Assembly (NCBI GenBank): GCA_964106645.2
Contig: OZ067042.1
Reading direction: 5' to 3' (one strand)
DNA length: 64,000 nt
Source: Podarcis pityusensis
Taxonomy: Eukaryota
Position 1 is the first letter of the stretch; every line of letters begins with the position of its first letter. Below, one piece after another: positions 11,601 through 26,100 of this stretch. The translations under genes were made by a program, and so were the position numbers. Below the pieces are notes generated by a model that saw nothing but the letters and a program-made list of their open reading frames with translations, was not told the DNA's origin and ran no database searches.

Positions 11601-14600
11601 GCCAGTACTTCATGAATGGTGACAACTTATCTGTTCCATTAAGCAAGTGGAGCAATTTGGCCTTTTCCTTTTCCCTTTTTTTAAAAAGAGTATGTGAATA
11701 GCTTTGAATATTTTAAAGTAAATAATAAAAATGCAGTCTACGGTAACCTAAAGTTTTTGACATAAGTATTCATGTCATCGAAGTTAAAGTAAGCTGAACT
11801 GATGGGTTCTTTCAACGATCTAGGGTATGTGCCGAGTTTTGTACTTTTTTTTAAAAAAAAAGTTCTAATTTGCACTTTCCAATGAATTTAAACTTTCTAG
11901 ATTTGTACCTACTTAAAAGAATGTTTGTGACCTTTTGACCCTTTTGTTATCCCTAATTCAGAAAGGCCTTTATTCTGTAAAAGCTTAGGTATTAAAAAAG
12001 AAAGAGAGAAAGAAGAGCGAAAAAGAGAGGGGGGGCGACGTTAATGGCATAACAGTCCTTTCTGGTCATCCTGTGTAAGATGTTTATGCAAAATGTCAAT
12101 AGAAGCAATTGGCCTAACAGTGTGACAACTTACTTTGCTTGGAAATGGGCTAATCTCCTGTTTGGGTTATCCAGAGGTCAGGTAGGGATTTCTTTCCTCG
12201 CTCCCCATAGTGCAGGGCTATACACTTTTACAAGCTTTGTTGGGCTGAGGCCCAAATCTTCCCTACCCTGATGAGTCCCGGTTATCTGCCAAGGAAAAAA
12301 GCATGCTTATCCCTGAGCACCACAAGTAAAGCCCCGTTTATTTTAATGGAGCTTGTTTCCAAATAAAAGTGCACCTTGGGTCTCAACTTTGGTGTGCATT
12401 TAGTTACCCCTGAACGTGCACCCCTCTTTTGCATGCAAAGGATGCATTCACCCCACAACTAATGGGCAATTTTTATCCTCCTTTATTATGTTAAGTTAAG
12501 CGGCAGAAACCCTGTCCCGTTAACAAACTCAGAGGGGAATGGGTGTGCATATTTATACAAGTACCTGAGTTTAGGATTGGAGTGCCAAACATACATGTTT
12601 TCTGCCCCTTGAAAATGGTTCCGCTTTAACATGTGCTTCCTTTGCTTCTAGAGGGGGACTAGCTGATATTATCATCCATTCTTTCAAAGAATTCATTAGA
12701 GGCCTAGTCCTGTCCCTTCCTGAAGTTCATGTGGAAATCCCGCCCCCATCAAACATTGTCGTCCTTCAGAGCTTGCCACCACTGCCCTGTCACAGCAGGC
12801 TGGAACTCAATAAGTGCTCAGGCAAGCATGGAGGGCCGTGAAATAGGCCTTGGCAGGTTGCATGCTGTGAACTCCTGGCTCAGTGAATCAGCTTCTGTGT
12901 GTTTTTATAACAGCCTTTTTTCCCCTCTGTTAATTACGCCCAGAGGCTGTTGAAAGGCAGCATTTACCTGTTGAAACAGACTAAGCAGCAAGTGTTCTGA
13001 CATGTTTATCAGGCAAATTGTATCTGACAAAAGGTAATTACACATGCAATCAGGTCTAGAAGTATCTGATTGATTACAGGTTAATAATAAAACTGTTTAG
13101 CATTGGGTACAATTTTTTGGTTGGAGGAAAGTTGTGTAAATCTGAATAACTAGTACTCAAGGGTATAAATATTTTGGGATGTGGACTTTAACTCATAACC
13201 TTTTTAAACAACAACAGATATTCAACTTACAACTTCTATTGGACAACTTCTTTGTGGACATTTCAGTCCATTTCTGTTAATTAAAATTAATCTGTAAATG
13301 AGCTTCTCGCTGTATATAGAACCTTATCTTCTTTAATTATTTTGGAGTTTGATCATGAATGAATCCAGCACATATGGCATTTCCATTGTTGCTTTTCTTT
13401 CCCAGCCAACTGTCTTGAAGGATCTGTACTCCTCAAAGGACTATCTACAAAGAATACTGTATGGCTTTTATGTGTGGGACTTGAATATACCTGAAAGAGC
13501 AGGCTAGTGGGACATCACTATATGTGGAGTAGCTTACACATGACTGTGTTCCTATATAATGCATCACAGTGAGTTTCTCATTTATACATTAAAAAAATGA
13601 CATTCAGTGCAAGGTCACCTATGTCTGAAGAATAGCTGAAATGTTGGCCAAAATCACTTAAGGACAATGAGAGTTAACAAATAATCTGGATAAAAATTCA
13701 GCCTTCTACCTACAGTCTTCAAACTGAACCTAAAGGAATCTAGTGACAGGAAAGAAAATCCTAAACCACAAAGGTTATTCAAAGCAAGCAACAAATGTCC
13801 TTTTTATCTTGCAACTAAATCGCTGAGTGGTGTATTTGAAGATGTGAATTAGGTTCAAATAGTGGGGCACATAACTTGGGGTCAGCTATAGGAATTCCTC
13901 ACACAAATGTCTTCCCACATATTCTTTTGTTCTTTTGATACTAGTCAGGCTGCAGGGTTCAGCCTTAGCTCTTTGAGGGTTCAAATAGCAGGGAGTTAAC
14001 TCATTACTGGGCAGCCGATACAACAAATGGATTTCCAAGCACCCATATGCTAGAAAGGAACAGAACTTTTAAAAATATAGCTAATTCAAAGACTTCTCTT
14101 GGATCTAGCACTTACCCCCATGCCTTGCACGAAGATGCCTTTTTAATTTATGGGATCAGGTTTACCAGATTGTCTCTTGACCATCCAGTAGCTGAGATAA
14201 CTATTCTTATAATATAGACAGACTAGCAGAATGTCAGTCCTAAGCATATTACAGGGAAACAATTGCCACTGATTTCAACCAGTGCATTGGGAACGAATCA
14301 TTATTAGAAAATATTATTTTAAAATTCAGTTTTGTTCAAATCCTATGTATAAAAGCCATGTACAATTCTTTGTAGATGTTCTCTCATGGAGAGTATTTGA
14401 TTGTATTTTTATTTATTGTTATAAATTAATAGGCACACCAGGACCTTTGCAGTGAATAATACTTACAGTACTAAGCATAATGCAATGAAGACAACAAAAT
14501 GTTTGTTAAAATTTTAATGGTATTAAAATCAGAAACTTTAGAGGAACTTTTATAAAGGAAAAATGATTTTGATCAGATCTAGGGCAAACAAGTTATAAGG

Positions 14601-15695
14601 AGAGATGTATAGAAAATAATAAGTCTTTTAATAGAGGTTTAATGTACTTAGACTTTTGTTAAAAACATTTATTACACTTATTACACTATTTTTTTATACT
14701 TTTTTTATTTAGTTAGTTTATATAGGACCATTGTATTGTAGCACTCAAGGGAACTTGCATTAATCTTTGAAAAACAACAAATCCAATTACAAATGTGGGA
14801 AATTATATTAGGAGCAGATTGAAACAAATCCACCAACTTAAAAACATAAAAACCATGACAATGACCATTTAAAACAATTAAGACACCTGGGTGGCTCCAG
14901 TTAGCCACTGAGAAAATAATACGTTACATTAAAGGCACAATCTTATAATTGAGGTCCACTAGCTGAAGGACTTTACCTGCAGGTACCTACTGTGCTGGCC
15001 AATGGTGCATCTCCATCTTGTGGAACAGTTGTTGGCATAGTGCTCTGTTGGCAGAGCTGGAATAGCTCTGCCAGCAAACTTACACTGGCAGCATAGCTAA
15101 AGACTGGTACAGTCAAATGGTGGAGTCGCTGCTTGCAGGAAGCGCGAAGCTTGCAGGAAGCGAGAGTGGGAGGCGCAAGGCAACAAGGAAGGTGGTGCTG
15201 TGCGAACGCCCTGGTAGAGCCAACATCGTATTGCTGCTGGTATGTTTGCACAGTGCTGACCTCCCTGTCCGCAGAAGGTCAAATAAGAACCACCACCACT
15301 CCCCACCCCACCATTCATTACTTATATATATATATATTTTAATAATTATTTTCCAATATACACCCAATAATAGCCAAATTATAACAATAACAATTAATTC
15401 CTAAATTATATAATTATCAAAATGCCAATCAACTTCCAATTAATACATTTTAGTTAAAGTGACTCTTGTATGATGGTTTGGGTGCATTTCCGATCTTATA
15501 TCACTGTGTTCCATGTCAATTACATTTCAGTTAAAACAATAATCCATTAGTCAACAGCTACATATTTAATGATTTCCATTTGTCATGTTACAATATGTAA
15601 ATCTATAGCTTCAAGAGAGGAACTCAAACTATTATCTTCATTCTCCCCTGTGTGTGAAAACTGTTATGTTCATGGAGATTCTTTCTGTCCACATA

Positions 15696-15920
15696 CAGTG
15701 ATAAGAACAGCTTAGTTTATGAACAACTTGGATTTAGAACGCTGCAAACCCGAAGTAGGTGTTTTGGTTTGTGAACTTTGCCTTGGAATAAGAACATGTT
15801 TCGCTTCCTGTTGAGTGTGTTCCATTTGTAAATTGAGTCCCCCGCTGCAATGGGAAAGCAGGGCTTGGTTTAAGAACGGACTTCCAGTATGGTTTAAGTT
15901 CGTAAACCAAGGTACCACTG
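15696..15920. mobile_element. Tc1/mariner-pogo type MITE (left TIR damaged)
   Basis: TA|CAGTG ... AAACCAAGGTACCACTG|TA; right TIR of the same type as the 51014-51255 element. Confidence 0.65.
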
Positions 15921-18858
15921 TATGGTGTCTCTTTCACTTCCCAGCTGTTGTTTTCTCCAATCATGACTTGGAGAGGAACTGAATCTTGAAGTTTTTCAGA
16001 GGTCTTGTCGCTCCATCCCTTGCTTCAATGTCTCAGAACAGGCGACTATTATAAACCATTCTGTCTCACTAGTAAAACATGTCACAGATCTTTATCATTT
16101 CCCCCTCAGCCTAGGAAAAGGTGGGCAGTTTTTGAACGCACTGAAGATTTAATACTCCTTTCCAACTCCCAGAATCTCTGCAGCATTCTTATCACAGCCC
16201 CCAAATTCTTTTCCTTCAGCTAGAGATTTATGGCCCAATTAAACATTATTTTGGATTGTTTTCCATCAGTAGCACAAACAAATCTCAGTCTCTTTTTCCT
16301 TGTCTTTTGTTTTTAATCGGAGGGGAATTATGCTGTCTTTCCAACAGTCATACTTGAGCTTCCCCTCCTTTCTTCATTTCAGATCACACACAGTTTTCCC
16401 ACAGTTCATATCAATATTACTCCAACGTTCCTTCCTCACTTGTAAATATCTTTTTGTCTTGTATTCTGGAGAGGGTTGCTGAATCCTAAATATATAAAAG
16501 AAACTTGGAATAAACAAACCGTGGGCTTCCCTCTCCCCAACTGACTCTCACACTGAATAGAATCTTATCTCGATTCAAACCTTTGATCCTTTGATCCATG
16601 TAGCCAGCACTTTTTTTCTGGGGGGATGCATACCCCTAAACCTTTTGTGAATCTAAGTTTGCCCTCATTGAGGGGCAGTATTTCAATATGAGTAGGAAAA
16701 TGAGAGTACCCCTAAACATTTTTTTAGAATGTATGTAGCTGATATGTTCCATAATGTGCTGCTGCAACCGTTTTCCATCACACACTGGTACTGTAAAGTC
16801 ATTTAAAAAGTCAATTAAACAGAGAACCTCTGTTCCTTAATGGTGGCATAGGAGGCTTTTCGCCGGGCGAAGTGCTTTTGCACTCAGCACCTCCCACATT
16901 CCATGCCGGAGCAAGAGCCGGGTACCGAGACAAACTGTGAGTGAAGCCCATTCCCCCCAGTCCCTGGGGGGAATTTGCAAGGATGATTTACCCTCTGCCA
17001 TCCTTGCTTTCTGTTCACCAACGATCCCCCGCCCCTGTCATGGGAGCTACCTCCATTAAGGCAGGCGGGACCGGAAGCCCCCACCATCTGCTACTAGTAC
17101 AATCATGGGTGGTGCATGGAAGGAGCTCCCTCTCCCACTGCATATGATCCTCCTCCATTTCATAGCCATGCTTCTGTTGATAGTTCAACTATACTCCAGA
17201 CCTGTTGCAAGAAATTTCCCTCCCATGATACGGTCAAAAGGGATTATTTACAGATGGCGTATCTTTTTCCATAGGAGGAGGCGGTAGCTTGAGTTATTGC
17301 TCTTTTTCCATTTGACATTTATATCGATAGTATAGTAGTCAATTTAGAAGGGCTTCATTTCCTACCTGTTTTCTCTTAGGCTACTTTGAATTCATGCCGA
17401 CGATATGATTGTAGTGTCCCATTCGCCAACAGGCATCAGATGCCTGCTTGGAAGTCTTGGGCACTTCCTTGTGTAGGTGAGCAACTTGTCATAAATTATT
17501 ATTATTATTGAAAGTTCAGTCTGTTTACCTATGCCAAGCTTATGGTGGGGAGGAACAGAATACGGGAGAGGTTAGGGTGGCAGCTGTAAAATGTTGGAAG
17601 CTAATCCCCCTCCCTCCGCTCAGCATTAAAGAGTTCTGCATTTAAGGCGAGAGGGTGGTGAGAATGTCAAACCACTGGAAAGTAAGAGAATGAGTCCCCT
17701 CTCTTCCAAGTATTATACCAGCCTTTTTAGTGAGAGGAGAGGAACTGGACAGGAAACATCCCTGACATCTCCAGGAGGTAGAGCTGGAAGAGACAGTCTC
17801 CTTGTCTGAGGGCTGCTGCCAATCAGTGTGAGCGTAATTGAGCCAAATGGATCAATGAACTGTCTTGGTATATAAGGCAGGTTCTTAAAATGGAAGCAGC
17901 TGCTCATAGCAAAGCTCTGACCATTGGGATTAAGAACATGCCAGGAACTGTTCGCAAGGTTGACAAGCTGTGTTTTGGTGGAGCAAATCCAAAAACAAAA
18001 CAAAAAATAACACCACCAGGATTGCTTAAAAGCTCATGATTATGGCAAGCTTATAAATTCGTTCAGCAAAATTGTTTGCTCTGCTTATGAATAATCCAAG
18101 GGCCGACAGAGAACCCTTCTCCCAAAGCATCAAAGACACAGTAACAAAAGCAGATTTAGCCATAATTTTGTTTCATGCAGACCTGGGACTTTTGGAAGAC
18201 CATTTCAGATGCGGCTGAATGTGAGAGATCTTGAAATCCAGGAAATCTTTTCCTTATTTCGATTTCAGACTCTGAAATCTTCAGTAACTCTAAGACGAAT
18301 GTGGTCAGAGAATGTGTACCTGTGGTTTAGTAATTTAGCCCATTATTTCCTATTCCTTCTACATTATGTAGCATTACCTGCCACTTTTGTTGCATTAAAT
18401 TGGACTTCACACTTCCGTTACCTTTTTGGTGTCTTAAAAGAATAAATGCACGTGAATGTGCCTTTCAGGTTTAGCTAAGCATTGTTTAGGAAAGATGGAC
18501 ATCCTAAAACCTCATTCTTTGATTATGCAAAACATGCCTGCATATAATGCCTTTTAAAGTATGTATAGATTCTCTGTGTTTCCTTTACTATGATATTACT
18601 TGCCCCTCTATTCTTGTCCTTCTCTAGCTGTCTGTTTTGTTAGGTGCAATAAGAAAATGAATCCTGAGAGGACAGATAACATTAATTTCCCATTAATTGT
18701 CTTAATTTCCCCCCATCTTTTCTTTGTCTGAGATACCATTAATGCAGTTGCTTTCCTGAGAAATGCATTGAATTTGAGAGGGGTAATGAAGTTGCAACAG
18801 GCTCCTTCCATCTATGGAAAATGATGATCTTAACCTGCACATCTAGCAAGTCATCAGT

Positions 18859-18959
18859 GGTTGGATCCAGAGGAAGTTAGTCATGCTTTAGTTCTTCCAA
18901 AATCAGTGGGACTCAAGTTGTTATGAGTAGTGCATAACTAACTTCCTCTGGATCCAACC
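18859..18959. mobile_element. Palindromic MITE-like element
   Basis: 28-bp inverted arms GGTTGGATCCAGAGGAAGTTAGTCATGC / GCATAACTAACTTCCTCTGGATCCAACC (1 mismatch). Confidence 0.65.
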
Positions 18960-20163
18960 CAATACATTTAGACAGTTAAGGGCAACCACTTTTTGAAAAA
19001 GCAACTCCAAGTAAATACTTTAAAGTTAACACTGTGTCCCAGAGCCAACATTTGCTAATGTGGAAAGGCTCAAAACTGGGAACTAGTGTAGAGCACAACC
19101 ATGTTAATAGCACCTGTATTCACACCAACTAGATCTGTGTGCCACAGTCTGGGAAACAATTAAGACAAAAGTTCAAAACACTGACATCCCCATAAACAGT
19201 TGTAAGCTGGTGTATATATTTTTGGCAGAGGTATCTGCCTTATGATTGGACTTGCCCTCAAATTCTTTTCCTGTTCCACCTTTATATTAATTACAGGACT
19301 TAAATCTCCTAGGATTATATGCCTCTACTGTTTCAGTGGAAATGATCATGTGCACTCTGTTTCCTCTGATGAATTCTGAGTCACAGTAGCATCTTGAGCC
19401 AAATCAGAAAAGATTACAGGCATTACGTCATGTACATCTTCGAGAACACAACCACACACACACACACACACGGTGTCTAATTTACAAATCTATAAACACA
19501 CACACACTCGTATGCATATTCCCACACATTCTCTCTTACACAAACACTCCTATATTGATGTATGTTTTTGTTATTGCTGGTTTTATAACTTTAAAAAACA
19601 AAAAAAAACTTTGGTTATCTTATTATGGAAACTCGATCGAGTTTTTACCCCCAAAGATGGCCAATAAATATTAATATATATATTTCAATGGCCTCCCCTG
19701 TTCCCTGCCCCTACTGACAGTCTTTTTAAATAGATTGCTATACATATCCAGACATAAGCAAACTGAGTGTGTGACTTTCTAGCATCTTGTATATATAATA
19801 ATAATAATTTATTATTTATACCCCGCCCTTCTGGCGGGGTTTCCCCAGTCACTTGTATAATGGATTACTGTATAGTAGCAATATCAGTCCTGCTGGTTTT
19901 TTAAATTTCTGATACTTAATTCATTCAGATGCAGTATATAGCATACTTACCACTTTAACTTTTCCTTTGTGTTGTTAGATTTAAGCAAATGTTGTCCATA
20001 ACTTGATTTTTTTTAATATATAGGACATTCATTAGCATAGATTGTAATTTAAGTCCGAGTGCTGACCCTCCTGAACAATGTTGAACTAGAGACTATACAC
20101 AATTCTCTCATTTTTATTTTTGTTTTAAGCAAGGTAAAAAGTGAAGCGAGTTAACAACTTGCT

Positions 20164-20470
20164 TTGTTGTTTAGTCGTTTAGTCATGTCAGACTCTTCGT
20201 GACCCCATGGACCAGAGCATGCCAGGCACTCCTGTCTTCCACTGCCTCCCGCAGTTTGGTCAAACTCATGCTGGTAGCTTCGAGAACACTGTCCAGCCAT
20301 CTCGTCCTCTGTCGTCCCCTTCTCCTCCATCTTTCCCAACATCAGAGTCTTTTCCAGGGAGTCTTCTCTTCTCATGAGGTGGCCAAAGTATTGGAGCCTC
20401 AGCTTCACGATCTGTCCTTCCAGTGAGCACTCAGAGCTGATTTTCTTAAGAATGGATAGGATTGATCTTT
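20164..20470 (-). mobile_element. BovB (RTE) LINE, 5'-truncated 3' end
   Basis: SILKKISSECSLEGQIVKLRLQYFGHLMRREDSLEKTLMLGKME; small deletion and frameshift; same family as 7002 and 58723. Confidence 0.9.
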
Positions 20471-22907
20471 TTACTTGGATCCTGTAACCTGGACCTTTCC
20501 ACGGACATAACTGCAACATGTCACACCAATACTAGATCTAACTGTGAAAGCTGCTCATTGAAATGAGAATACTAGATACCCTATATGTATATGCCTATTC
20601 ACTTGTGAGTAAGCTCTATTGAATGTAATGGGACTGACTTCTGATTAAGCATGCATACGATTATACTGGTAAAGTGTATTTTCCCTATTCCATATAGCAA
20701 AGGAATAGAAATAGTTCTGCTTCATTTTCTAAATTAAGTCTATGCATTCGATGAGTGAATCTAGGCTTTATTACACTTGGGTCACACACAATGGTGCCCC
20801 TCTGAAGGATTCACCGGGGCAAAAAAACCCCGGCTAGCACGCCCCCACAGTAGCTGCATTAGAGCCTGATTACAATTCTTTGAAATCCTGCATGCCCAGT
20901 CCCCCTCATCTTAACTCCCAAAACTATCCTTTTAAAGAGATATTTTAATACCTGGGTTTTATTGTGCCTAGGGCTAAAACATATGACATATTTTTAAACC
21001 ACTGTATTTACTATTGACTCTGAAGTCTAATCAGATGACAACTACATAGGAAGTCTGGAAAGCTAATAGCAATTGCAGGTGTCAACCCACATTCCAAGGA
21101 CTTGAGAGTTCAAATGATATATACGTACCAGTAAACCACTTTGATTATCTTCTGCAGCCTTGTGTGGACAAAATAACTAAGGTTACTGCCAGCTGCCTTT
21201 GAAACCTCATACCACAAACAGGAAGGCATGAAATAGTCATGTTAATAGTGAGTAAAGTGGATCAAATCTTTTGTTTGTTTGTTTTTTGAGAAGCTGTGAA
21301 GGATGGTTAATACCCTGTCTTTCTGTGTGTATTAATGTAAGCTGAACTGATGGAAAGGTTCTTCGTATCAGATGCAATTCCCACCGTACGAATGTTCCTT
21401 GAAATGGCTTACAGGCACATATGGGAGTGATGCTGCCTCCTATCCAATTGCTTGTATTGACGGTGCATTGCCTGAGTGCCAAATCATATGCAGGTGACCA
21501 GGACATGGTTGCAAAGACTAGGCCACCAGGCAGCTCTTGCCCACCCACAGCATACAGTATACATGCTGTCAAAGTCCATTACGCACAGCAAGGTGCGAAG
21601 CTGCGAGTGAGACAAAGAATAAGTGTGTAATAGCACCAAGCAGCCATCCTGCTGTCGCTGCAGCTCGCTGTTCTATCTGCACCATCTTCACCCGGGAGTT
21701 GTCCCAACATAACCCCTGAACCTGCCCTCCGGAGGGGAGAGGGAAGTTTATAATTGGACTGCTTATGTAATTTGCTTGTGCGTGTTGGTCTTCCGCAGCA
21801 TGTAAAGCTGTGGCGTTCAGAAAAAAAGAAACTTTCTAGAATTAATGAGGCTGCTGTGCAACCTTTCAGCTGAGCATAGGATGTGATTACATCCTCTGCC
21901 GTCACTTACACTCCTCCTGCTTCTCCTCTTTGAGGCTGGAGCTGATGTGATGGCGTTGAAGGTTGTTCCTGTTCATATAGGATATGTACCAAAAGCAGAA
22001 AATACAGTGGCACATGCATGCCATTCAAGTACATCTATTTTGCTTATCTATCTATGTTTTCAATATTTATATGGTCTGTTTGGTTGTTCTCCACAAAGGG
22101 GAGACGCAGGATGCACACTCGGCACCCTGAGAATTCCCAATTTCCTTTTTCTTTTTAAAGCAATTTCCCCATTTTGTGTGGCTGCAGAAATTTTCTTGAA
22201 AGCATGTGGGGATAATTGGTCTTTTCTGTGGTCCGGGGGCAAAGCTTCAGCGTCCTGCCTAGCTCCCTGCTCTCTCCCATTACGAATGCAAACAGAATTG
22301 TGCAAAAATATGCCCATTTTACAGAATGTGTTCTGCTTCTCTTGATGCAGAATGCGTGTGATTTTTTAAAGGCTGGTTTTTGTATGCCTCTCCTACGTGT
22401 TGTACATTTTACATTCCTAAGAGTGTAAACTCTAAGGAACAGAGGGAGACTTCTGGGTAAACATGCATAGGATCCTCGGTTGTCTTTGAACTGGGTGTGA
22501 AAGTCATTGTCATTTTAAACAGTGGAACTATCTGAAGTATTTTGAGTAGTGCAGCTTTAATGTTTCTTGCATAGATCATGATAAATCTGAGGAGTGGAAC
22601 CCGCATTACTCTTCAAATATCCACCCTGCACAGCCGGCCTGCATTATATCTGAATGGATATGTGTAGTTTTCTTTCAAGAATATCCAAGGATGATACACC
22701 AGGATAGTCTGAAGTGTGACATCCACACCCACACACCAAATTTGATTAATCAGCCTTCTGCAAAACATTTTGCCAATATCTGCTTGGATACTTGCAGAGG
22801 TGGTGCAGTAGCTAACACAACCATAGAGGCATGATAAAGTATATGGGAATATGCTGCATCAGTATCCCAGGAAACGTCACACACTGCGAATGGTACCCTC
22901 TTTGGAT

Positions 22908-23157
22908 GAAGAAGAAGAAGAAGAGTTTGGATTTGATATCCCGCCTTTCACTCCCCTTCAGGAGTCTCAAAGCGGCGAACATTCTCCTTTCCCTTCCTCC
23001 CCCACAACAAGCACTCTGTGAGGTGAGTGGTGCTGAGAGACTTCAGAGAAGTGTGACTGGCCCAAGGTCACCCAGCAGCTGCATGTGGAGGAGCGGAGAC
23101 GTGAACCCGGTTCCCCAGATTACGAGACTACCACTCTTAACCACTACACCACACTGG
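22908..23157 (-). mobile_element. tRNA-derived squamate SINE (Squam3/CORE-like) with (TTC)n tail
   Basis: - strand A box TGGTGTAGTGG, B-box-like GGTTCAC, CORE-like GTGACCTTGGGCCAGTCAC, and (GAA)n run on the + strand at its 3' end. Confidence 0.8.
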
Positions 23158-26100
23158 ATGGGGCTATAACTAGGCAGACAGGGCTACCCCAAGACATTTT
23201 GCTTCTTGAGGCAAAGGGCAAAATGCCCCCCTCCCCACTTTTCCATTTACAGAAGCCAACTGGACTAGCAGTTGTATTTTATTTTGATACTGGCAATGAG
23301 ATGCTGCTCTTTGCCAAACACGAGGGTGCAACAGGCTAGTTATGAGTGCGCAGGGCGCCCATTGCTTCCTGTATCTGCCACCTGATGCAGTTGCCTCATT
23401 TCAGTTATGCCTAGTGGCAGGGATGGCCCTGCAGGGCAGGTTCCGTTTTAATTTTCTCCATTTGAAAACAAAAAGAGCACAGGCACTTCAGTATACCTCA
23501 CCAAAATAAATCTGGTGTTTGGTTGAGCCTGATTAGCTGCACTGTCAGAAGGCGCTCCAGAAAAAAACTGTCGCTGCGCTAATTAGTCTACTATAAAAAC
23601 ACACCAAGAAACACATTAAAGGGTGGGTCAGGCGAATTGGTTGAGGTGCAAGAATGGGTGGCCTGTTGTGCTCTGCTTGTTACCAGATTGTGCATCTCTG
23701 AGACTAGATGAGTAATGTTTTAATTTAGAGATTGTCAAGGGAAGAACTGAAAACAGGGGGGAGTCATTTGCTATGCCAAAGCTTTCCATTATCCAGTACA
23801 CTGATTTGATCTATCTGAATGATGACAAATACAGAAACCCACTACATTAATCAACCTGCATTAGCAAATGGAAACATCTTATTTCGCAGTCTCATACCTG
23901 GATTGCTAAATGGAGAGACTATGAAGTCTGAGATGCATTGCAAGAACAGAAATTTTAATTCCACAGGGATTTTCAGATTTGCTGTTGAATTAATGTTTAC
24001 CTAGGAGTAAGTCATATTGCTTTCCAATGCAGCATGCTCTGAATACGGTTTGTAGGACAGAAACATTGATGCCTGTACGATTTTGCTCTTTATGCTCCTG
24101 CTGTAAGCTTACACAGAAAGTTATTCCAGAACTTTGTACTGTAAACTGAGCCAAATGTATATGAGCAGCATGTGAACCATTTATGTAGGATAGCCTACAT
24201 CAGTTTAAAATTGGAAAGTGATGCTAGAAAAGTGAGCGTCACCAAATTTCAGAAGGGTTTCATGGCTGAGAGTTTTGTATGGAACTTCTGTGGGCAAAAT
24301 ATTGGTTTTGGTGATAGATAAAAAGACGTTACCATAAATTGATTCTTGGACATTTTCATACGGACAAATATTACCGTACTGAGTAAAACTTTCCTTTATT
24401 TCCCCTTTGGGTAGCTTTGGTGAAAAATTGCATGTTAAGTAAGATGTATGCCTCTGAACTTGCTTTCGTCTTCCAAATCCTGAATATGATTTTATTTTAT
24501 TTTTACTGATGTATACCAACAGTTTTCTTGAGGGTTTTTGATTCATCAGCATGCCACGCTTTGCTTCTTCTGGCCATATTGTTTGTTTTTCTTGCTTGTT
24601 TTTCTTTAATTTTAAATAAGAAGATGCACTACCAACAAAAATGAACTCCTGAGTCATAAGCACCTTATTTGGAAGTAAAGACCCATTAATCCCAATGCTC
24701 ACTTCCAAGTCAATGTGCTTACTATCATAGGCTGAGTAGTCCGACCAAGATGAATAGTGTCAAGAAACCTGTTTAGCATGTGGTGAATGATGCTACACTT
24801 ACGGGTCTTGCTGCTCAGCAGAAGAAATGTCCTACACATGAAATTGCTGTTCTGTAGGGTCATGGACGAATCCAGATTAGTCCTGGATTTTGCTCTTCTT
24901 AAAGCAAAATCCAAGGACACCAAACATGATTTATTTACCCCTTCTGACACTTTAACTACACTCTCCTACTTCTGTTTTCTAAGAGTAGAATAGGGGTGCA
25001 ATGATGGGTAAGAATAGTAATGATGGGTAAGAAACCAGGGTCTGTGAATTAGACCAGGTATGTAGCAATCAGACTTAAAGGTTTATTTGGGGTGGTGGAA
25101 TGACATTTCAGAGCTTGCAGTGTTACTGCTCAGGTGTCGGCTTCCCCCTCCTTCTATCATCACCACCTCCCAAGTGCCCACATTCATACCAGTTAAAACA
25201 TGTTTGCATACATGTGTCTTCCCTTCAGACCTTGCAGAAAAGGGTAGGGTTGGCATGCTATGGAAATGCAGGGCTCGTTTTCCCTACAGTTTCTAAAGCC
25301 AAGAGGTTATAGGGTAGGATGGGGGAGGTGATCAGGAATGAGGAGTTGCCCACTGTGGCCAAGAGAATTCAAATGGCTCAAAGAAGGTTGCAGATGGCTC
25401 TGCCCAGCTGAGGTGCTTCCCTATGTTGTCCTCTGACCCCACTCATAATTTGGGACATCTCTTATTTTTATAAATTGGTCTCTGAGGCAGATGTGGGAAA
25501 ACTGCACTGGCTTGAAGTTCCATCTGTCCTACCGCGCAGGGCACAAATAGCAAGAGAGAGATGTGAGACTCTGGCTTTTTAGGTAGTGTCTGCCGGACTG
25601 AAGTGTGACTTGTGACAATAATCTATGGAATGGCCTGTTTTTAGGAAAACATGGAAATAACCGGCCTCCAGTGGGAGATGAGCTGGAAGAGGCTTGTGAA
25701 GTCTCCTCTCCCCTTACTCTGGACCTCATGAGGGATAGGCAGTGCTTTAATTTCTAAGCAAAGGAGAAGCCCGGCCTCAAGTCTAGCTGGAAGCAACCTC
25801 TTGTCCTTCATCCTTGCCATCTATGGTGGACTATAGGAGCCAACTCCTAGGGGCCATGTGGGCTTTGGCCCCCACAATAAAATATTTGAGGGGGCTTGGC
25901 CCCCACAGTTGATGGGCATTCCCATTCAAATGATATGTGTGCACTGCGTCATGTGATCGGTTATGTGTGGTGGGGCTTACCTGGGCCCCCACAATATTTT
26001 ATTCAAATTGGCACCCCTGCAGTGCACTCAGGCTTTGCAGTCAGTGACAAGGGAAGATGGCACCCTAAACAGGTCCCAGGACCGCTTTGACCCACTCCTC

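Noticed and set aside
15960-17500. Possible L1/Tx1-like LINE remnants
   Set aside because: Composition is suggestive but I could not identify a diagnostic motif by eye.
24205-24950. 167-aa and 83-aa minus-strand ORFs in the EXOC6 intron
   Set aside because: Non-ATG starts, no recognisable domain or clear splice context; probably chance or a decayed repeat. A BLASTX search would settle it.
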